DNA of 64,000 bases. Origin: Lama guanicoe. Lineage: Eukaryota. A program made the translations under genes and the position numbers. The stretch covers positions 4,633,214 through 4,697,213 of the forward strand of contig MU053561.1 in assembly GCA_013239625.1 (NCBI GenBank). The letters run 5' to 3'. Shown here in pieces: positions 11,918 to 25,700 of this stretch. Under the pieces are notes generated by a model that searched no databases, was not told where the DNA came from, and saw only the letters and a program-made list of their open reading frames with translations. Numbering within the stretch: position 1 is the stretch's first letter; every line of letters begins with the position of its first letter.

Positions 11918-13944
11918 GCTTGGTAGACATGGTGGCCTGATACCTCTACTGAACAAGTATATCTCCTTGTAATCATTAAGTATTCTGAGGGGTGATACTT
12001 GGAGACCATGTGAATACCTTGCTCCCCATTAACCTTTAACTCAATTTTAGCATAAATTAATGGTTCTTGCCTGAATCAAATTTTAATTTGGGGTTGCAAA
12101 ATGGTGATTTTCTCAATTCTGTCATTCCTTTTATATGTATTAGCTGCCATATTCCTATAAGACAAGCTTACCCTTTCCCCATTTGTCTAGTCTCTTTAAC
12201 TTGTTTACTTTTTGTGTCCCCTAATACTGACCCTGACAGAATGAACCTGGTTGTGGGTAGTTTATTTGGGAGATGATACCAGGGGGACAGGGAAATAGGG
12301 AAAGTAAGACAGGGCAAGGAGAAAAGCTCGAATACAGTGTATCGGTGAACAGTTCTGCTGTGAATAACTGGTGCTGAGAAACTTCAGAATGCTGTGGAAT
12401 GCCTCAGAATGGTCCCGCTAATCCCATCACCCATTAGTTAAGAACTGCCCTGGTGATAGTAAGTATTCCCACCTTCCTAATCTCCTCTACACTTTCAGAT
12501 TGCATCCCCTAGCAGCCATATACTCTAAGTGGTTCCTGAGAAAGACCTCAGGCAGAGGAGAAAGGACACAGGCATTGAGATGGGAACCTGTCAGGGTGCT
12601 GGAACTGTGGATAGCTGCAAGAGAATTCAAGTGGGTTGAGAGGAATGTGGAACAGGCATCACCAGCATCTGCTCCTTTCTCTCTCTCTCTCCTTCTCTGT
12701 CTCTTTCATATCACTGTGATCTCGTGGAATTAAAAAAAAAAAATCCAAGCATGTTAGAATCCTTTACCATCATTATGCTGTTTGAGTCCCATATTGGCTC
12801 AAATTTGGACAGTGGGAGATCCTTTACATTGGCTTCTTTGTCCTTTAGAAATGTTCCCAATAGTCTTTAAATGCTTCTTGCTTTTTTGCACAAACATTGC
12901 AGGCTTGCCTTGTCCCTTCTCTACCTCAGATATGGATTCATCCATTTCTCCAAGGAGTTCTGCTTCTTTATGGTGGAGAATGATACTTAGAAACTGTTCT
13001 GGGTTGTCATTGCATCTAGGGCTTTTCAGTGGACAAAGCTAGGAAATGCACTTAAAAATAAAACAAAACCCGTAAGTTTACACTGACCCCTCCAATTCAA
13101 ATCAGACATCACAAGGTTTTTCCTCACTTTCCCCCATTCTGTATTTTATTTTCCTTCTCCTACAAAGAAATCCATGGTTCTCAGAACCAATCATTTGCTT
13201 TTCCCTATGTTACATACAAGAGTTTCAGAGTTGCAACGTCATTATCACTACCAACAACAGATCTTCTAAGTAAAATTTTAAGAGTTCATTGTAGCCCATT
13301 TTGTTTTCAAATTACATCTCACTAAATGCATACAGAGAAAAGCCTGCACTTAAAGTTACTTCAATTAATGATTTTTCTCTCTGAGGTTATATTATTTGAT
13401 ATACAATTAAGTTTATTTGTTTTTCTTTTTATTCAAATTTGAGGTTTGCTTTTTAAATTTGCATAATGGAATACTATGTGGCCATTAAAAAGAACAAGGA
13501 CAATCTCTGTGTATTAATGAGGAGTGAAATTGTAAGCTGCAAAGCAGTATAGACAGTATGCTTGCCTTTTGCATAATAAAAAAGGAGAAATATGAATACG
13601 TACACATTTCCGCCCCCAAAACCTAACATACACATACAGCAAGGAGAAACCAGTTCATTAGCAGTCCTGTTCTGCTTTCTTACTGACGGATGCTGTGCAT
13701 CAAATAGTTTATACATTCTAAACAGGAAGAAGGAAAAAGAAGAAACAGCAGCAGACTTCCACCTAGATCTCATTAGCTAGAAGTGAGTCACATGCTCACA
13801 CTTCGCAACAAGAGGACCTGGGAGCACAAGCCTCTATGTCAGATTAAGGTAAGCGACAAAGGGTTTAGGATGAAGGTTGAATGAACCAACCTACTGTATT
13901 TACCACACCTTGTCTTTTATATTTTAAAATATGTAAAAGGGAAA

Positions 13945-14554
13945 CCTAGGATGGTCATTGTTAAATCTATTAAACTATAACTTGCTTGTCTAGTAAATTA
14001 TAATCTGTCTTCACTGATCAAGCTTGCAAAACTGCATGCCCTTCAAGCTTCACGTAGCTTAGACAATGTATTACAGGACTCCCCTCACCCCTCTCTGTAG
14101 ATAGCATCTCTGATGTATGAGTCTTAAGATGTGTGCTCGAGTTTCAGGAACTCTGAGTCAGCTCTTGTCCAGTTCAAGCCAGTTGAGACCACCAACCCAT
14201 TAACTGGGCCTGCGCATCCGATAGGTGACCTTTTGACGTCAGAGGGCCAAAAATTCCACCCTGGGATCATGCTAATGCTGCCATTTTCTGAACATACATC
14301 CTGTGAAGAAGCATGAAGCCCACTTGCGCCTGCACAGAGCAACGATTACCTCCCTTTCTTACCTCCAGTCACCATTCCCCGTACCTCTGACTACCCTGTG
14401 CCCTTTACCTATAAGTATATGAAATATCTCACCTTCAGGGGAGGCGGGTTTGAGGTTTGTTCTCCTGTCTCCATGCTTGGCTGTCTCATGAAAAATCCCT
14501 ATCTCTGCTGCAAACCTCGGCATCTGTCAGGCAAATGGACCTGGCTCGGTAACA
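13945..14554 (+). mobile_element. ERV solo LTR (MER89/MER74-like)
   Basis: gacgtcagagggccaaaa...ccattttctgaaca core; ends cctggctcggtaaca. Confidence 0.65.
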
Positions 14555-15218
14555 AAAGGACAAAAATCTAAAGAAGTAGCAACAGCATTTTTCAAAGTTG
14601 TTAAAGTAGTTATAAGAAAATCAGCCTATTTGTGAAGCAGAATACAGGTAGAAGAAAATGAAGTGACTATATTACACGATAAAATAGATATCTTTAAAAT
14701 TGTTCTGCCATGTGTCTCTACGTCTTTCACAAATCAATCAATATCTGTTTCTCTAGCTGGGTAGCTAACTATCTGATTTGTGCTTCAATTTACTCCAATT
14801 TACAGCTACTAATATCCGAAGTCAATTAGACCCGTTTTTCCCCTCAAGCAAGGCAAAATCATTTGCTATTTAAATAGGGTGAGTACATGCGTTGGTTTTC
14901 CTAGAACAATCATAACATAATTATTAATAGCATCCCCCTTCATTCTCAAGTGTTTTGGTTTAGATGATAAATTACATGGTTTCCATTATATCTAAAGAAC
15001 AAGGGCAAATGAACTGGTCCAAGTGGAGCTTGTAATGACCTGAAGGGGCCAGGAAAGAGCCTACTTTCTAGAAATGAGTAAATCACATTTATATGTTACT
15101 TGAATCCCACTAGGATTTCCCTCGTGCTAATACAGAAGACCAGGAGGCATCCTTCAGTTCAGGCATTCCTTATAGCCCTAGACAAAGTTTCTGTAGCCCA
15201 GGAGATCCCAGTTCCTCC

Positions 15219-15545
15219 TGTAACCAGACCAGATTCCTTTGCCTGGCACATAGTGAGCCAAACACTGATGAGGTAACCATTGTGCTGCACAGGCAAAACT
15301 AAGCTACACACTTCTTCATGGGTCACATGTTTAGAAAATGGTGGCGCTAGAATGTTCTGAGGGCAGTTTCTGGCCCTCTGACATTGAACAGTCACCAATT
15401 GGACACGTGAGCATGCCGAGTTGGAGGGTCTGAGGTCCCAACTGGTCTTAATCGGCTCGAAGTGGGTAACAGCTGATTCCAAGTTCCTGAAAAACAAACT
15501 GGGCAAACATCTTTAGACTCGTGACTTGTTGTTTAGGCTACCTGA
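15219..15545 (-). mobile_element. Related ERV LTR fragment, inverted relative to the 13945-14554 copy
   Basis: Reverse complement shares ttcaggaact..gagtcagct, tcagagggcca and ccattttct blocks with the upstream copy. Confidence 0.6.
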
Positions 15546-15852
15546 TGCTTGGAGGATATGCAAGTTTTTGGAAAAACAAAGTGAGTTTGATCAGTGAAAG
15601 CAGGCTACAGTTTATTATTTATTAAACAAGTTATAGTTTAATGGATCTGATGATTACCCTCGGTTTCACCCCTTTTTCTTCCTTCTCACTCAACTTTGGC
15701 ACTACTTGCTTTTGTTCTTGCTAAGAACAGCTAACAGAATTTCCTGCAACTTAGGCATGGTTGGGGGTAGGAGCTGGTATGGAGGGCAGTGAATGAGCTT
15801 CCAATAGTAAAGACATTAACCAGAAGGGAAATCTTAGGACTCATAAATTTGG

Positions 15853-16012
15853 TTGTTTGGGTTTGTTTTTTAATTTGGGGGGGGGGAGGTAATTAGGTAT
15901 ATTTAGGGTTTTTGTTTGTTTGTTTGTTGTTTGTTTGATGGAGGCTCTGTGGATTGAACCCATGATCTCATGCATGCTAAGCACATGCTCTACCACTGAG
16001 CTATACCTCCGC
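15853..16012 (-). mobile_element. Vic-1-type SINE
   Basis: Perfect 13-bp TSD ctcataaatttgg at 15840-15852 and 16013-16025; tRNA-like head. Confidence 0.93.
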
Positions 16013-18984
16013 CTCATAAATTTGGAAGGCATTGCACCAAGCTCACTTACTGAACTCTACTCCAAGGTACAAATTAATCTATTATACTTATGAATCATAT
16101 ATTATCTAATAACACTATAGCACACACTCTCGTATCTTTGGGTGCTTGCCCAATTATTTCCTTAGAAACCCTACCTCTATTTATTTTCTTAAATTAAACA
16201 AAAAAATATATATATATAGTACATAATGACAGTTTGTCAGACCTCTTAACTTTTAGTTTATGGGAATATTTTTTTTTCACGTACACAACACAGTAATATT
16301 TTCTTGGACCATCTATTTGTGACAAATAATATCACATTTTATTTGTATAGTTTTTTGATTACCAGTGCACCTTACATATTTTTCGTACACTTAATATCCA
16401 TTTATTTTTATTCTTATATAATTGGTTAGTCATGCTTTTGTCTATTTTATAGTGAATGCTTTTTTTCTTCTTGAGTTTTAAGAGTTCTTTGTGTTAGTAA
16501 TGTAACTAGTATGCGATCTGCTCCACAAATGTACAAGGTACAGATGTGGTTAGTTACATCCATTAGTTTTCTCTATTGTAGTTAAGCCTCCCACATGCCC
16601 TGTTAGAAGGAAGTCTAGTTTTCCTCTTTGTGGTTTCCCCTCCTCTCCACTGATTGTCCAAGTATCTTAAGAGGGATTCACTCGGCCAAAAGTGCAACAA
16701 ATTCTTCTTCTAATAGCCAAATACAGAGAGAACTGGTGTCTACTCGGTTCTCCTTTGCCATTAGGCCTTTGTACATCCACATATATTCTCCTTAATTCAG
16801 ACTTGAGGAGCAGAAACTGGGTTCTTGGTCTCCTCTTTCCTATGGGTATTAGGTTTCTAAGGCAAATTGATTCACCTCATCCCCAGTGACTCACCAGGCA
16901 AAACTAAGGGTGAGACGTTTTTGCTAACTGGGAAAGAAACACACACACACCACCCCCGCAAAAAAAGTTTTGTTAGGACCTCCTTGCAGGACAGCAGGTG
17001 CCTTCACCAGTTACATGTGCATAACTAAGGCAGCCACTTAATCGACTCTGCATAGAACAAAGAATATCAACCCCATCTGATTAAAATTTAAAAAATAAAC
17101 AACAAAAAACACTGTTATGTTAAGAAGCACAATCCTAACCCTTTATCATGTATGTTATGTACATATTTTTCCATTTGTGGGTTGCTCTTTAACCTTGCAT
17201 ATTTTAAAGGAGGAGGGTTATACCTATTTTACATTTTTTATGGAGTCAAATATACAACTATAACTTTTGTTTCTTAAATCTTCATCAAGATTCAAAAGAC
17301 AGTTCTCTCCTAAATTTATAAAAGATATTTACCTAAACTTTCTTTTGGTACTTTAATGTTTTCATTCTCTCACATTTCAAATATTTATCTATCCAAAGTT
17401 ATTTGGCAACAGAGTGACGACCTAATTTTCTTTTTGCTGTATGTGACTAGCCTAGTTACACAAACATCACTTATTAAGAATCTAATTCTTTTCCATGGCT
17501 TGAACTGTCCCTTTATGATATGTGGGCCGTTCCTACAGCAATCATTTCAAAACTTTACAACTCTTTTAGACCCTATCAGCCATTTTTCCATCACTCTCAG
17601 CAGACAACTCTTTACAATTAAGTCTCCAATATTTGCCACAACTCCATTCTTCATATGAACATAGACCATTGCCCATCTGTAGAAGAGATAGGTTAGCAAA
17701 CATTTTCTGTAAAGGAACAGATAGTAAATATTTGACTTTGAAGGCCAAGAGGCAAAATCGAGGAAGTTATACGCACTTTTAAATTAAAGGTCTACCAATG
17801 AGAAGAATGAAATTATTTTTTTAGGAATAACATTTTACTTAATTGGGGGCTCAGAACAGTTACAAATATTCATCCACTAAAATCATTCTTACCTTCTGGG
17901 AGCATGCAAAACAGGCCAGATATGGCCTCTGACCTCTGACATCCTTGCTCTATCCATTCAATGGAAAGAACTGCCCCAGAACATCCCTCCTACCCACCAA
18001 GGCCATTTCTGGATCCCAGTTCTTCCCTGCCTTTTCAGGGACATTAGCAATAAATATACTTAGCAATTCTATTCCAATCCCAAACAAGCTTCCTGGACCA
18101 TTCCTTTCAGTAATTAATATGTATATTTACATAATTAAAGATAGTCTTTTAAAGCCCAAATAAAATATAAAAATAATTTAAAATAGGTAGGCAGCACTTC
18201 CTGTTTGACTGCAGTGTACTTCCAACTAAGGGAAGTTAAAGCTTATCCTCTAGTAAGCCCACACATTTCTGTGACAAGTATAATACAAAGTAACAAAAAA
18301 ATTTAAAAATCATTTGTAGTTAGTTTCAGAATACAGACACAAGATTTTGTCCACCAGACTTGCTTTTCTATTTCCATTCTTTTTTTCTTATTATTAATTT
18401 ATGGCTATCTTTCCTGAGGATACATTGTCTGGGGGGATGGTGACTCATCACACAATAATGTGCTCGGTAGTTAAAAAAAGCCAACCTTTGACAAACAAAA
18501 CCTCATATATACAGAAATACCTATTACCAGTGGAGTCTTTATTTTATTAACATTTCATTAACTGTATAGGAAAGTGCTCCCGATTATAATCCAAGAGACC
18601 TGTGCTCAACTCCTGATGCTTTGGCTAGTTTTAACTAACCCAGGATTCATTTTTCTCAACTGTTAAACAGATGACTGCTAATTTCCATTATTTATTTTAC
18701 CTTTAAAGTTTTTTTGGAAATAATCTTAAGTTTATTGAAGAGTTATACGCACAGCAGAAAAACAGGGTTTTTTTTTTTTTCCTGGATCATTTGAGAGCAA
18801 ATAGCAGATATAATGCTCCATTATTTTCTAACATTTCCATGTATTTCCTTTAAACAAGGATATTCTCTTAAATAGCCACAGGACAACCATCAAAATTAGG
18901 AAATTAACATCCATATGTCACTACTACCTCAGATCCATTCAAGTTTAACCGGTTGTTCCAGAAATGTCCTTTGTATCAAAACAA

Positions 18985-19680
18985 TTTACCATTTTAGCAA
19001 CTTAAAAATATAGAGTCGAGTGGCATTAATGCATTCATATTGTTGTGCAATAATCACCACCATCTATCTCCAAATTTTTTTATCTTTCCATATCAATGAA
19101 GCAGTAACTCCCCATTTTTCCCTTCCCATACAAGGGCAACCACCATTCTACTTTCCATTTCTGTGAATCTCGCTACTCTAGGTACCTCATACATCATACA
19201 AGATTTGTCTTTTTGTGCCTGGCTTTTTTCACTTAGCAGAATGTGTTCAAGATTCATCCACATTGTTGCATATGTCAGAATTTAGTTTCTTCTTACGGCT
19301 AAATAATGGTATGTATATTCCACATTTTGTTTATCCATTTATTCATCAGTGGATACTTGAGTTGTTTCCACTTTCAGGTATTGTGATTAATGCTGCTAAG
19401 AACATTGCTGTACAAATATCTGTTCAAGTTCCTGCTTTCAATTCTTTCGGATATATATCCAGAAAAGATGGTGCTGGATCACTTGATAATTCTAAGCATA
19501 ATTTTTTTGAGGAACTGCCATATTGTTTTCCAGAGCAGCTGTACCATTTTACATTTCCGTTAGCAGTGCATAAAGGTTCCAATTTCTCCACAAAATTGCC
19601 AACACTTGTTCTTTTCTATTGATAATAGCCATCCTAATATATGTTAAGTGGTATCTCATTGTGGTTTTGATTTGCATTTT
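18985..19680 (-). mobile_element. L1M 3' region
   Basis: Antisense L1 ORF2 C-terminus/3' UTR ([12 protein letters not shown] on minus strand). Confidence 0.8.
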
Positions 19681-20934
19681 GTCATGTCTTTTAATGTTCT
19701 TCAACCTGGAATAGTTCTTCAGTCTCTTCTTGATATTTGTGACCTTGATACTTTTTCTTTCGTTCCCCCAAATGAATAGTGGCTCAAGCAGAAGTTTAAT
19801 TATCACTCCCACAAATTCCAAAACCAACGTTCCTGATCAGTAGATTGTGGTTCAAGAGCCCAGGCTTCTTCCATCTCATAGCTTTGCCATCTTCTTAACA
19901 TGGTTTCCAAACGACCTTGAAACATTTGAAGATTAGAAACATGCTATTTTGTAGACTATCCCCTAGTCTGGTTTGTCTGATGTTTCCTCATGATTAGGTG
20001 CAGGTTATACAATTCTAGCAGGAGTGTAAAAGAAATCTGTTCTGGGTTCTCATGTCATCCTAATACAGTTTTGATTTGTCTCATTACTGATGGCTTAAAT
20101 TCAATTCCTTGATTATGGCAATGTCTGCTAGTCTTCTCCACTAAAAAGTTAATCTTTTTTTCTTTGTAATTAATAGTTTGTGAGTAATATTTTGACAGTA
20201 TGTAAGTATAAATGAGATATGAAATTATACAAACATATAAACTTTGAGGCTGTTAATGAAATTTCCTCAAATTTCCTTAATGAGAGAGGCAAAAAAAAAA
20301 TTTTCCTCAGCAAAGTTTCCATTTATTTACTTATTTTCATTGATTTGGATTCATGTTTTTCTATTATACTCAGTGGGTTAGAATCTGTTCCTATCATTAC
20401 TTATTTTGATACTCAAATTGTTCCAGATTTGGCTATTGGGAGCTTATTCAAGCTGGTTACTCTGACCTTTTAATGTGTTGCCATCATTCTATGAGGACTT
20501 CCTTACTTCCTGCAACAATAAGATATTCCAGGTTCATCTTGTGTTTTCTTGCCTTTACTTTAGCCTTGGAATCAGCCATTTCACCAAGGGACCGAGTTCT
20601 TTTTAAAAGAGAAAGGTATTTAAAATCTAAGATCTTGGTGCTAGGTGCATTTACTTTTTAAAGCAGAAGTCAGGTTTTACTGTCAAATATTATAAAACCA
20701 AAAAATTTCTTATTTTCAAAATCTGTGAAGTTTTAGAATTGTAACTGAGGGGCTCTGAATCTGTAACATTTACTTTTTTTAATGTAACTTTTTAAAAGAT
20801 TGGGGTATGGTTGATGTACAATATGTACTATGTATATTTATGGCTGTTGGGTTATTGTTGCTCCCAAGCCTCTCAGCGGACAGGCCTAAGGAATCTATGT
20901 TTTATATACATACATACACATACATGCATATATA

Positions 20935-21433
20935 TGAAGGGTAGCAGCCCAAAATACTCTACTTTGGTTTCAAGATTATTTTGAGCAAGAAGTTCTTAAG
21001 AAACAGCAGGTGCAGGAAGGGTGCACTGACTTCCCCTTTCTACCTGAAAGCAGGGGATGAAACCCCCATATGAAAGATGTCTTCCTTCTCACATGAGGAA
21101 AGAAACATTCTTATCACCAGAGGTGGGGAGTCGAGGAGGCTGAGAGAATTCTATACAAATAGATCTTGTTAAAGTAACTCTTATCTTCCTTTAGTCTCCC
21201 CATATATTTTAGTCACTTTTCCACAATGCCTCTCTTTGTTCAACCTAATATATAAGCCCTTAGGTTTTGTCATTGCTTTGGTTCTTCATTTATGAGGGCC
21301 TCCATGCCATGTAAAACTTATATTACATAAATCTGTATGCTTTTCTCCTCTTAATTCGTCTTATGTCAACTTAATTTTTAGGTCCAGCCAGAGATCGTAA
21401 GAGAGTAGAGGTAAAGTTTTTGCTTCTCATTCA
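20935..21433 (+). mobile_element. MER34-like ERV1 solo LTR
   Basis: TG...CA; ccaaaata..ctactttgg..caagattattttgagc start, TATA-like cctaatatataagc, gtagaggtaaagttt end. Confidence 0.7.
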
Positions 21434-21574
21434 TATACAAACATACATTTATGTCTATATTTATTTCTATAGCTATCTTTCTAAATATTGGCATCCAATA
21501 GGACACATAGATACCACAATTCCAACCCAGCACTGCAGAGTTCATTCTAGTTTTCTCTTTCCATATTTGTAACT

Positions 21575-22140
21575 GAGGAGGATGTCCTCACCCCACTGAA
21601 GCTCTTACATATTATGACAGTTCCTATCCATAACCCTCTTGGGCTACCCCATGCTGGCCAACCCATGCCCATGGAAGGCTGTTCGCTTTTTGATGTCTTC
21701 CTTACCCTGTTCAGGCTCCAACACCCTACACTGGACCTTTCTTCTACACTGATGACTTCCTCATCCATCTTGGGCTCTGATACCAGGGCCAGGCCATCCC
21801 TCTGTGCCTGGCCACCCTCCTCACCCTGTGCTGGCTCTGATGTCCCACACTGGGTGTCCCACCCCATGTGGACATCCTCCTCACCCTACTCTAGCTTTGA
21901 CTGTCTGTGCTGGGTGATAGTCCCCTGCATGGACACCCTCTTCACCCTGCTTGTTCTCCAGACTCCTGATGGCCCACCCTCCCATGTAGTAGCCACTCTC
22001 CTCATCTTGCAGAGGCTGACCCCTGTCCCCCAGGGGAAACTCTGCTCAGTCTCTGACTCTCTGCTCTGGACCACAGCTCTCTCCATCTCAGGCACAAATA
22101 CCTACATTGTTGATCCCACTTCATGGCTTCTGGGCTGAAT
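21575..22140 (-). repeat. Diverged ~60-bp tandem array, probably an L1MC-type 3' UTR
   Basis: cctcaccctg...ggctctga motif recurs at ~21700, 21760, 21820, 21880, 21940, 22000; embedded in L1MC-like sequence. Confidence 0.65.
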
Positions 22141-22999
22141 TGCTGGGGAAGAGTTAAGGAAAGGGAAAGAAGAAGATGAGCTCAGTGACTATTTTTAACA
22201 TTTATCAGTTGTAACAGACATTACTGATTGCCTTTTCAATAACCATTCTTTCCACCATTTTTATTACTTGCAGCCCAAAGGAGTCTAACTGCCCAACTAA
22301 CCTTATTGATGCCCATCTCTCAGCCTACATACAGCCTTGCTTCTTTCTCAGAGATTGCAGGTGCTTTTTATCCTCTTCTTTCCACATCCCCTAAGGCACA
22401 AAGTGATCTACATCTCCACAGTACTCTATCTTCTTTTCCATAATTTCAAGGCAGTGATATTCTTTCTCTTATCCAAGGCTAATTTACCCCTCTGTGTTCT
22501 ACATTCTATTTTCTCCAAGATTCTTTCTTAAAAGTTTCCTTTCTTTCCTTTATTTTCAAACCATAGATTATTGTTAGTTCTTTTCTTTAAGCAGAAACAT
22601 GGTCAAAGTCTCTCCATTCTTATAAACAAACTAAACCCTCCTCTGAGCAGAAAACATTTAATATGCACAATTTTTGATCCAATATAACTCCACCTTTAAG
22701 AATCACTTATTAATTTATCAAATATTTATGAGCACCTATGTGCCAGCACCTATGTGTGAATAGAATGATAAGCAGAAACATATATTATCCCTGTTTCCAT
22801 GGAGCTTAATGAGAGAGACAAATATCAATCAGATAATCACACTAATGAGTGCATTATTACAAATTGAGACCTTAATGATAAAATGAAATATTATGTACTT
22901 ATATTTGTAGGTCCCTAGTCCAAACTCTTTCCAGGAATTAATTTAATCATAAATAATGTATTACATGTACTGTTATATGTATATAGTTTTTATTATGCC

Positions 23000-23180
23000 C
23001 ACCACTCTTATACCCACTTGCAGATAATGAAGCTGAGTCAGAGAGAGGTTAAGTAACTTGCCCAAGGTCACATAGCCAATAAGTGATAGAGCTGGAATTC
23101 AAACCCAGATAGTCTGGCCCCTGCTTTTTTTTTTTTTTCAGTCTAGCCCTTGCTCATAACCATTATGCTATACTGTTTCT
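23000..23180 (-). mobile_element. MIR within an L2 tract
   Basis: MIR core gaggttaagtaacttgcccaaggtcaca. Confidence 0.85.
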
Positions 23181-24158
23181 CACAGGTAGTGATGAAGGAA
23201 AGAAACAGGGATCTAACTAAGAAAACTGATCTAGACAGGAGCTCCCTGAGGAAGTACTGCCTGAGCTCAGACCTCAAGTTTGAGTAGGCATTAACTCTGC
23301 AAAGTGGGTGATGGTGGTGGTGGTAGGAGAAATAATTATTTCATGTAGAGGACAGAACATGCAAAGGCCCTGAGGCAATAGGGAGCATGGCACAATGAAG
23401 AAAGTGAAAGGCCAATGTAGCTAGAATGTAGAAGCAAGGGGAAAGTGGAACATTATGTGGCTAGAGAGGTAGTCCAGGCCACATAAAACACAGCCTTATT
23501 GGCCCTTAAGGATTTTGTTTTTCATCCTAAGAATAAGAGAAAGCCATGAGAATAAGGATTGGTGAAGCAAGGATCCCTTTCCTTTGAAAAGATTACTCTA
23601 ATGAAGTTTAGACAATGGGGACAGGAGAATTTAGACAGTGGAGTCACAGTGCATGTGGAGATGAGGGTTGTGATATTTTGAGGATGATAAGTTGACTTAG
23701 GGTGGTGACAGTGGAAATAGAGACAAATGGAAGGATTTGAAGAAATATTTAGAAAGTCACATTGACAGGACTGGGTAATAGGTTAGATACAAGGGCTAAG
23801 AAGTAGGTTTCAAGGATGATCCTTCCTGTATCTAATCTGTCAAAATCAGATAATGTATCTTCTAAATATGTCTTTCTAGTGCAAATAAGTGAGTGGTAAT
23901 ACCATTTGCTGAGATAAGGAATATGGAAGAAGATGAAGAGGTTTGGGGAAAAGATTATTGAGTCTTGGACATGCTGAGTTTGAGGTGCCTTTGAGACAGT
24001 CATGTGGAGATATTAATTGACCAAAGTCATATACTTTGGAGTTATTTTATGGATGGCAAATGAAGCTGTAGCTGGATGAGTGTGCCTAGAGAAAGAAAAT
24101 TGATTGAGAAGAGAAGGGGGTCTAGAGTTGGTATTTCAGAAAGTCCAATGTTGAATAG

Positions 24159-25700
24159 TGCAGCAAAGGGTTAACTTAGTAGGCCTAGATTGCTCAAACC
24201 CCGCACATTCCAAAGAAGGGCTTGTCTTTTAGAACTAATCCTTGACTGATTCCTGAGAGATAACCTCTGAGCCTTTGGAATACTCTGCCTAATAAGATGG
24301 TTTGTATGCCTAAGGTCTTGGGCGAGACTGTATCACTTTGACCCCATTGTTTATGCTATCAATGTGATTTGTGTTGAACACCTGTTTTAGCATGTCTGCA
24401 GCCCTGGACCATGCTGTATCAGTCTGACCTCTGTGGGCTGGAATTCAAGCAGTTGAGGTCAGTTGTGTGGGTGATCCATGCCTATGGGACAGACTCTTCC
24501 CCTACCCCCAATACAAATCCTGAATACCAAGGCTTGGGTGAATGTCCCTGTTTGGCAATGTTAGCCAATAGTGAGACCCCTAAATTAGGAGGCCCACCAA
24601 AGTGTGGGTCCTTGCCTGCTGGCTGGAAGGAATTCACAGCTGAGGTAGAGGGACAGAGCAAAAACTGCTTTTATTTCTCAAAAGAGGAAAAGGAATTAAA
24701 GTGCTCAAGCAGGGAGAAGGAAAGAAAAGCACTTGAGTGAGGAAAAGGTGCTTGCTCCAGTGGGGAGCTGTCAGCCATGATGGCTGGTAGAGACAGTTCT
24801 GGCCCAGGTCAGCCATGTGGACTTTTATGGGAGGCTTCTGCCATCACATCCTCCTTTTGGGTGTGATGGAGCCAATCAGTCTTTGTATGGGCTTTTCGGT
24901 CCTTGGATGGGCTTTTCCAGTTGTTGTCATGACAATTATCAACTGTCATGGCGCTGGTGTGTGTGTCATTTTTAGCATGCTAATACATTACAATGAGTAT
25001 ATAATGAAGCTCAAGGTTGACTAGAAGTCAAATACTCCATCATCTTGGACTTGGTGGGCTCTAGCCAGTTCTTGTTTCTTCTCTACAGCTGCCTCCTGAG
25101 ACTTAGATGAAAGCAATTGGTTTCTATTTGAGGGAGAGACAAGGATATGATCCTGGGGGCAACTGCCTTGGTGCCAAAAAGGAAAGTTGCTTTTGATTAG
25201 AATGCCTGCAATCTGGTGGACCCAAAGATTCTGTTCAGCCTTGAAAGTTTTGAAGGGAAATGGAAGAATAATCTCAGTTAATCATTGAGATAGATGCTCA
25301 GAATCATTGCCATCCCCCAATGCCTACAGGCTTGTCCTAATCAGCTGCTTGAGCCTGCTCTTCTATGACTCAGGGAGGCCTGGAAGACTTCAGCTTTTCT
25401 ATAAACAAGAGGCAAAGGTTGGCAGGGGTGCCTACAGGGTCCTGCTCAGTATCAGCAACACTTCACAAACGTTTTGTCACACATCATTGCTGGGAGAATC
25501 AGAGCCTGTGTAAGTAACTCCACTGGGAGGAGACACCTGGCACCTTGTGCCAGTTTTCTTCTGGACTTTTTTCCAGGGACCTTTTACTTTTGCTGATTTT
25601 AATCTGTATCATTTCACTGTAATACACCATAACCATGACTATAACAGCTTTTCTGAGTTCTGTGACTTCTCCTAGTTTGGTTTTGGGGACCCCTGACACA
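24159..25700 (+). mobile_element. MER21C-like LTR, split by a younger LTR
   Basis: tgcagcaaagggttaac start, gggacccctgacaca end; homologous to the 5881-6543 copy in the opposite orientation. Confidence 0.7.
24559..25454 (-). mobile_element. 896-bp ERV1-type solo LTR
   Basis: TG...CA termini with 4-bp TSD gcaa (24555-24558, 25455-25458). Confidence 0.75.

Noticed and set aside
20258..20312. Possible fourth tail-only insertion (aaatttcctca repeats around an A run)
   Set aside because: The repeat is short, imperfect and low-complexity; slippage is equally likely.
21614..22138. 174-aa ORF and CRISPR-like ~60-bp periodicity
   Set aside because: Whole units are diverged copies with no unique spacers; lies in L1MC-like 3' UTR in a mammalian genome.
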